Positions 59,257 to 64,000 of a stretch of 64,000 nt of DNA are shown piece by piece. Every line of letters starts with the position of its first letter. The stretch's first letter is position 1. The notes under the pieces are model-generated. The model had not been told where the DNA came from. It saw only the letters and a program-made list of their open reading frames with translations, and did no database searches. The translations under genes were made by a program, and so were the position numbers. Source of the stretch: an uncultured Acidobacteriota bacterium (lineage in GTDB: Bacteria; Acidobacteriota; Vicinamibacteria; Vicinamibacterales; JAKQTR01); assembly GCA_963843385.1 (NCBI GenBank), contig CAWJJY010000007.1, positions 132,244 to 196,243 on the forward strand. Direction: 5' to 3'.

Positions 59257-60294
59257 CTATGACTTCTTGAAGATGCTCTTCGGCAGCCGCACGTGGACGC
59301 CGAGGTTCGGCTTGTCGACCAGTTGAGTGATGGCGACGTTTCCCGCGATGCTCGTGAGCTGGTACGCCTGGTGAGCCGTGAGGCCCTTCGTTTCCGCGAG
59401 GAAATTCACCATTTCCTGGATCGCCGCCGTCGTCGCGACTTTCAGGTCCGGATCGGTGGCCATGGCGATGTAGTCGGTCGGCGTTTCGGCACGGGGCCAC
59501 GCCAGCTTCATCCCCTTCCGCACGGTGAGCTGCACCCTGCCGCGGAACGACGTCTCGATGGCCGTCTGGTCCACCTCACCGTCGCCCTGCGCCGCGTGGC
59601 CGTCTCCGAGCTCGAAGAGCGCGCCTGGAACGAACACCGGGATGTAAAGGGTCGACCCCACGCCGAGTTCCCGATTGTCGATGTTGCCGGCGTGCCTGCC
59701 CGGCGGAACGCTGCTGAGGCGGCCGATCTCGGGCGCCGGCGCTACGCCCATGCTCCCGTAGAACGGGCGCAGGGGAATGACGATCCCGGGCATGAATTCG
59801 GCGGTCATCGCCTTCTTGTCGAGCTTGATGATCTTCATGCCCGCGGCCTTGTCGCAGTTCTCGGGCACGAACCCGCTGCATCCGTTGTAGCCGTAGTCGA
59901 TCGCGAAATCGATCGAGAGGATCTTCACCTCGAGCGCGTCACCCGGCTCGGCCCCTTCGACATACACCGGTCCCGTCAGGATGTGGCCGCCTGGCCCGCG
60001 CCGGTCGCCGGTCACCTGCGTCGTGATGGCTTTCAGGGACTCCTGGATCTGATCGGGCGGAACGCCGGCGCGGCCGAGCGCGGCGGGTGTGCTCGCGAGC
60101 AGCGTATCGACGTCGATGATCTCGCCCGATGCGATGCGGAGGGCCGGCCTCGCGTCGGACCAGTAGTAGCCGTAGGCCACCGTGTCTGGCGTGGCCTCGA
60201 GGCGATGCGTTTTCGGCGTCTGCGGCCGGGCGGCGAGCGTTCCGGCGAGGGCGAGACCCGCGAAGGCGACGGCAAGAGCAGCGCGTTTCATCAT
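59257..60294 (-). CDS. Acetamidase/formamidase family protein with signal peptide
   Basis: 'GHILTGPVYVEGAEPGD', 'GNID', 'GDGHAAQGDGEV..TAIE'. Confidence 0.88.
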   Translation of the reverse strand: MMKRAALAVAFAGLALAGTLAARPQTPKTHRLEATPDTVAYGYYWSDARPALRIASGEIIDVDTLLASTPAALGRAGVPPDQIQESLKAITTQVTGDRRGPGGHILTGPVYVEGAEPGDALEVKILSIDFAIDYGYNGCSGFVPENCDKAAGMKIIKLDKKAMTAEFMPGIVIPLRPFYGSMGVAPAPEIGRLSSVPPGRHAGNIDNRELGVGSTLYIPVFVPGALFELGDGHAAQGDGEVDQTAIETSFRGRVQLTVRKGMKLAWPRAETPTDYIAMATDPDLKVATTAAIQEMVNFLAETKGLTAHQAYQLTSIAGNVAITQLVDKPNLGVHVRLPKSIFKKS

Positions 60295-60745
60295 GCGCAC
60301 GATTCTCGGCGATGAACGAGGCGCGGCGCAAGCCCACGCCCGCGCACGGTCTTCGCGCAGGGGCCAGGGGCACCGGGCGCCACCTTGCTCTTCAGTCCAC
60401 GAGGCGTGCCGGTCTTCTTTGGCCTGCGCGTCGCGTGATGCCGATCCGACTCGTCCCTAGCCCCATGCCGCAAGCCCCGAGCCCCCAGTGCCCGGCCTTT
60501 CGCCAACGGTCTCCCACACATCCCTGTTGCCTGCGGGCGCCGGACCGGTTACGATGTCGGTCCTCGGCATCCCAAAACAGCGCTCGTCACGGAATGGGCC
60601 CGCTCCATCGCCTGCAGGCCCGTCGATCCGGCGACGTCGGGCGCCTCACCCGCGAGGGTGGTCCGCTCGACCGCCTGACCCGTGCCCGAACGGGAACCGA
60701 GTGTCGGGCGAAGAGCGTGGTTCGACTTTCCTGGAGAGGTGAAGC

Positions 60746-61303
60746 ATGCGCAATTTTCTCGGTGGCGTGGCGGCGACGCTGCTCGTGGTCTTCGGCGCGA
60801 CGTTCCTCATCATCAATCGTGGCTGGATCCCGGTCGGTGCGGACAACCCTCCAGGCTCGATGGAGCGCAGGCTCGCACACATGGCGACCGACGCCTATGT
60901 CGCGAGAAACGCTCCCCACCAAGCGAATCCGGCCGAGCCGACCGCCGCCAATCTCATCGAGGGCGCGCGGCAGTACGAGCGGAACTGCGCGCTCTGCCAC
61001 GGAGGGGCCCTGCAGAAGATCAGCCCGTTGCGCACGAAGTTCAGCCCGCCTGCGCCCCAGATCGTCAACCGCGTGCCGCGCGATGAAGACGGAAACCTGT
61101 GGTGGATCACCAAGCACGGCGTCCGGCTGACCGGCATGCCGGCCTGGGACGGCATCCTGAGCGACGATCAGATCTGGAAGATCATCACGTTCCTCAAGCA
61201 CTCGAACAAGCTGCCGCCGGATGCGCAGGCCGCCTGGCTGCAGGCCGCCGCCGGCCCGAGCGCGATGGTGAGTGACCCCCCTCCGCAAAGTGCCAAGAAA
61301 TAG
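60746..61303 (+). CDS. Membrane-anchored monoheme cytochrome c
   Basis: GGAGAGG RBS; TM; CALCH; 'WITKHGVRLTGMPAW'. Confidence 0.88.
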   Translation: MRNFLGGVAATLLVVFGATFLIINRGWIPVGADNPPGSMERRLAHMATDAYVARNAPHQANPAEPTAANLIEGARQYERNCALCHGGALQKISPLRTKFSPPAPQIVNRVPRDEDGNLWWITKHGVRLTGMPAWDGILSDDQIWKIITFLKHSNKLPPDAQAAWLQAAAGPSAMVSDPPPQSAKK

Positions 61304-61330
61304 TGTACGGAACAGTTCGACCGGGCCGAT

Positions 61331-61359
61331 CGCCGGAAGCCGATAGCCGGCTTCCGGCG
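61331..61359. terminator. Hairpin between convergent genes
   Basis: CGCCGGAAGCCG-ATAGC-CGGCTTCCGGCG, perfect 12 bp stem; no U-tract. Confidence 0.5.
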
Positions 61360-61361
61360 GC

Positions 61362-62207
61362 TCAGTAGTCGTAGACGCCCTTGCCGACTTTTCGGCCGAG
61401 GCGGCCAGCCTGGACGTACTGAACGAGCAGCGGGCACGGGCGGTACTTCTCGCCGAGACTCCGGTGCAGGTGCTCGAGCACACTCAGTCTCGTGTCCAGG
61501 CCCACGAGATCGACCAGCTCGAAGGGCCCCATCGGGTGATTGAGGCCGAGCTTGAGCGCCTTGTCGATGTCACGGGCCGAGGCGACGCCTTCCTGGAGCA
61601 TGTAGAACGCTTCGTTGCCGATGAGCGCGTTCACGCGACTGGTGACGAATCCCGCCGAATCGCGCACCACCACGGTTTCTTTGCCCATCCTGCGGGCCAC
61701 GTACTCGATCGCATCGAGCGCCGCCTGATCCGTGTCGAGCGCCCTCACGATTTCCACCAGCTTCATCTTGTGGACGGGATTGAAGAAGTGCATGCCGGCC
61801 AGCCGTGCCGGCCTCGCCAGTGCGGTGGCAAGCTCGGTGAGACTCAGGGCCGAGGTGTTCGAGGCGATGACGCCGTCGGGCGCGATGAGCAGCTCGATCT
61901 CGCCGAGCAGCGAGAGCTTGACATCGATCCGTTCGGGCACGGCCTCGATCACGAGATCCACTCCATCCACCGCATCGTCGAGGGTGGTGGTCGGCGTGAG
62001 TCTGGCAAGCGTAGGTCCGATATCGCCCGGAGGCAGCCGGCCGAGTTCGACGCTTTTGTGGACGATCTGCTCGATGGCCCTCGTGCCTTTGTCGAGCTGG
62101 GCGTCCGACACGTCGAAGAGCCGCGTCGTGAAGCCGGCGGAGATGGCCGCATACGCGATGCCGTGCCCCATGGTCCCGGCGCCGAGGACTGCGATGGTTT
62201 CTATCAT
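61362..62207 (-). CDS. 3-hydroxyacyl-CoA (3-hydroxybutyryl/adipyl-CoA) dehydrogenase
   Basis: GAGTMGHGIA, EAVPE, SNTSAL, GMHFFNP, LNHPMGPFEL. Confidence 0.92.
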   Translation of the reverse strand: MIETIAVLGAGTMGHGIAYAAISAGFTTRLFDVSDAQLDKGTRAIEQIVHKSVELGRLPPGDIGPTLARLTPTTTLDDAVDGVDLVIEAVPERIDVKLSLLGEIELLIAPDGVIASNTSALSLTELATALARPARLAGMHFFNPVHKMKLVEIVRALDTDQAALDAIEYVARRMGKETVVVRDSAGFVTSRVNALIGNEAFYMLQEGVASARDIDKALKLGLNHPMGPFELVDLVGLDTRLSVLEHLHRSLGEKYRPCPLLVQYVQAGRLGRKVGKGVYDY

Positions 62208-62290
62208 GACGGGTACCCTCGGAGGCTTGCTGCCAGAGTCCCCGATCCATGTGCTGGATATTGCCCGGTCCGAGACGTGCCGCGGTCGAA

Positions 62291-63748
62291 TCAGCTCAAA
62301 TCCACCATCACCGTCTTGACCTGCATGTAGCTCTCGAGCGCGTGCTGACCCATTTCACGGCCGAAGCCCGATTGCTTGTAGCCGCCAAACGGCGCCGCCG
62401 TGTCGTAGACGTTGTAGGTGTTGATCCACACGGTGCCCGCCTGGAGCGCCCTCGCCACACGGTGGGCCCTCTTGATGTCGCGGGTCCACACGCCCGCCGC
62501 CAGCCCGTACTCGGACTGATTGGCCAGGGCCACGGCCTCCTCGGCGTCGGCGAACTCGATGGCGGCCAGGACCGGCCCGAATATTTCCTCGCGCGCGATG
62601 GTCATCCCGGGTGTGACCCCGGCGAACACCGTCGGTTCGATGAAGTAGCCCTTTCCCGTTCCGATGTCGGCCCGATGCCCCCCGGCAACCAGGGTTCCCC
62701 CTTCGCGCGAGCCCGTTTCGATGTAGCCCATGACCCGGTCGAGCTGGGCCCGTGACGAGATCGCCCCGAGCCGCGTCTTCGGATCCATCGGGTCTCCGGG
62801 CGCCAGTTTCTTCGCACGCGCGGCCAGCTTGTCGATGAACTCGTCCCGGATGCTCCGCTCGACGAGGAGGCGCGACCCTGCGGCGCACACCTCGCCCTTG
62901 CCGTAGAAGATCCCGATGGATGCGCCGCGCACCGCTGCGTCCAGGTCCGCGTCGGCGAAGACAATGTTGGGCGACTTGCCGCCAAGCTCGAGCGTGACGC
63001 GCTTGACCGTTTCGGCCGAACCGCGCGCGATCTCGCGCCCGGTCGACGTGTGGCCGGTGAACGCGATCTTGTCGATGCCAGGGTGCGCGACCAGCAGAGG
63101 ACCCACCACGCTGCCCGAGCCGGTGACCACGTTGAACACCCCGGGCGGCATGCCCACGTCGTGCGCGATCCTCGCCATCGCGATCGCGGTGAGCGGGGTC
63201 TGGCTCGCGGGCTTCAGGATGACCGTGTTGCCGCAGGCCAGCGCTGGCGCGATTTTCCAGACGGCGAGCAGCAGCGGGAAGTTCCAGGGCACGATGGCGG
63301 CCACCACGCCGACCGGTTCCCGCAGGGTGTAGGCGAGCATCGCGCCCTTCACGGGGATGGTCTCCCCGTGAATCTTGTCCGCCCAGCCCGCGAAGTACTC
63401 GAGGCACTCGGCGGAGGCGGGGATGTCGATCTGCCTGGACTCGAAGATCGGCTTGCCGTTGTGCACGGTCTCGAGGCGCGCGACCTCGTCGGCCCGCTTC
63501 AACAATTCCCTGCCGAGCTTCCACACGAACTGTCCCCGTTCGCGCGCGGACATCTGGCCCCACGGCCCCTTCAGTGCCCCTCGTGCCGCGGCCACCGCGC
63601 GGTCCACGTCGCTCGCCGACGCCGAGGGCACCGTGGCGACCACTTCTTCGGTGGCAGGGTTGACGACCGGCTGCGTCGTGCCGCTCGACGCATCGATCCA
63701 CTCGCCGCCGACATACATCTTGAGTGACTCGAGGCTGCTGACGGGCAT
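62291..63748 (-). CDS. Aldehyde dehydrogenase
   Basis: PWNFP, KPAS, FTGHT, LELGGKSP, GEVCAAG, EEIFGP, PFGGYKQSGFG. Confidence 0.93.
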   Translation of the reverse strand: MPVSSLESLKMYVGGEWIDASSGTTQPVVNPATEEVVATVPSASASDVDRAVAAARGALKGPWGQMSARERGQFVWKLGRELLKRADEVARLETVHNGKPIFESRQIDIPASAECLEYFAGWADKIHGETIPVKGAMLAYTLREPVGVVAAIVPWNFPLLLAVWKIAPALACGNTVILKPASQTPLTAIAMARIAHDVGMPPGVFNVVTGSGSVVGPLLVAHPGIDKIAFTGHTSTGREIARGSAETVKRVTLELGGKSPNIVFADADLDAAVRGASIGIFYGKGEVCAAGSRLLVERSIRDEFIDKLAARAKKLAPGDPMDPKTRLGAISSRAQLDRVMGYIETGSREGGTLVAGGHRADIGTGKGYFIEPTVFAGVTPGMTIAREEIFGPVLAAIEFADAEEAVALANQSEYGLAAGVWTRDIKRAHRVARALQAGTVWINTYNVYDTAAPFGGYKQSGFGREMGQHALESYMQVKTVMVDLS

Positions 63749-63757
63749 GGGCACCGC

Positions 63758-64000
63758 CTACATTTCGGTTCTGACGTATTCGAAATCGAGGGGCTGTTGA
63801 TTGATGCCCCGGGCCGGTGGCGCGATGTAGTTGGCGAAAATCCCTCGCTCGAAGACGGGCCTGTTCATGAGGCTCAACAGGAACGCCTTGTCGTCGTCAG
63901 TCGGCAGCCACTCATCGCGGCGCCGCTCCCATTCCTCGTCGGAAAGGTGCCTGCCGGCCGGGTCGAACTGGAACCCGGCGAACATGCCGATGCGCCTGTT
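63758..64000 (-). CDS. boxB: Benzoyl-CoA 2,3-epoxidase subunit B, C-terminal part
   Basis: 'NRRIGMFAG...EW...WLPT..DKAFLLSLM...IAPPARGINQQPLDFEYVR' matches the BoxB C-terminus; frame open to the window edge. Confidence 0.82.
   Translation of the reverse strand, partial: NRRIGMFAGFQFDPAGRHLSDEEWERRRDEWLPTDDDKAFLLSLMNRPVFERGIFANYIAPPARGINQQPLDFEYVRTEM

Noticed and set aside
1-64000. tRNA, rRNA, integrase, transposase or prophage genes
   Set aside because: None recognised by eye; no covariance search was possible.

Overview
GC-rich bacterial chromosomal window. The gene content (TolB-repeat Ser/Thr kinase, Oar-like TonB-dependent receptors, many secreted NHL proteins, FN3 tail) suggests Acidobacteriota, probably Vicinamibacteria; this is inference. 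I see about 50 CDSs and no rRNA, tRNA, CRISPR array or transposase. Left half: five secreted PAL-like NHL beta-propellers, a kinase, an EEP nuclease next to a deoxynucleoside kinase, a papain-like protease with its chagasin inhibitor, an FMN-binding/ApbE/RnfD-like flavinylation operon, and a ClpA/B-NBD2 ATPase fused to a receiver domain behind a 7x32 bp tandem array. Right half: a signalling cluster, then an acyl-CoA/benzoyl-CoA catabolic region ending in the boxB 3' end. The best novelty candidate is ORF 39193-41589, where an acyl-CoA-ligase (ANL) large domain lacking its catalytic C-terminal subdomain is fused in frame to a PAS/HisKA_3 histidine kinase and followed by a NarL regulator. It may be an enzyme-derived acyl/aryl-acid sensor. 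Several single-base frameshifts suggest an error-prone assembly, so apparent pseudogenes and one apparent HK-RR fusion need read-level checking.
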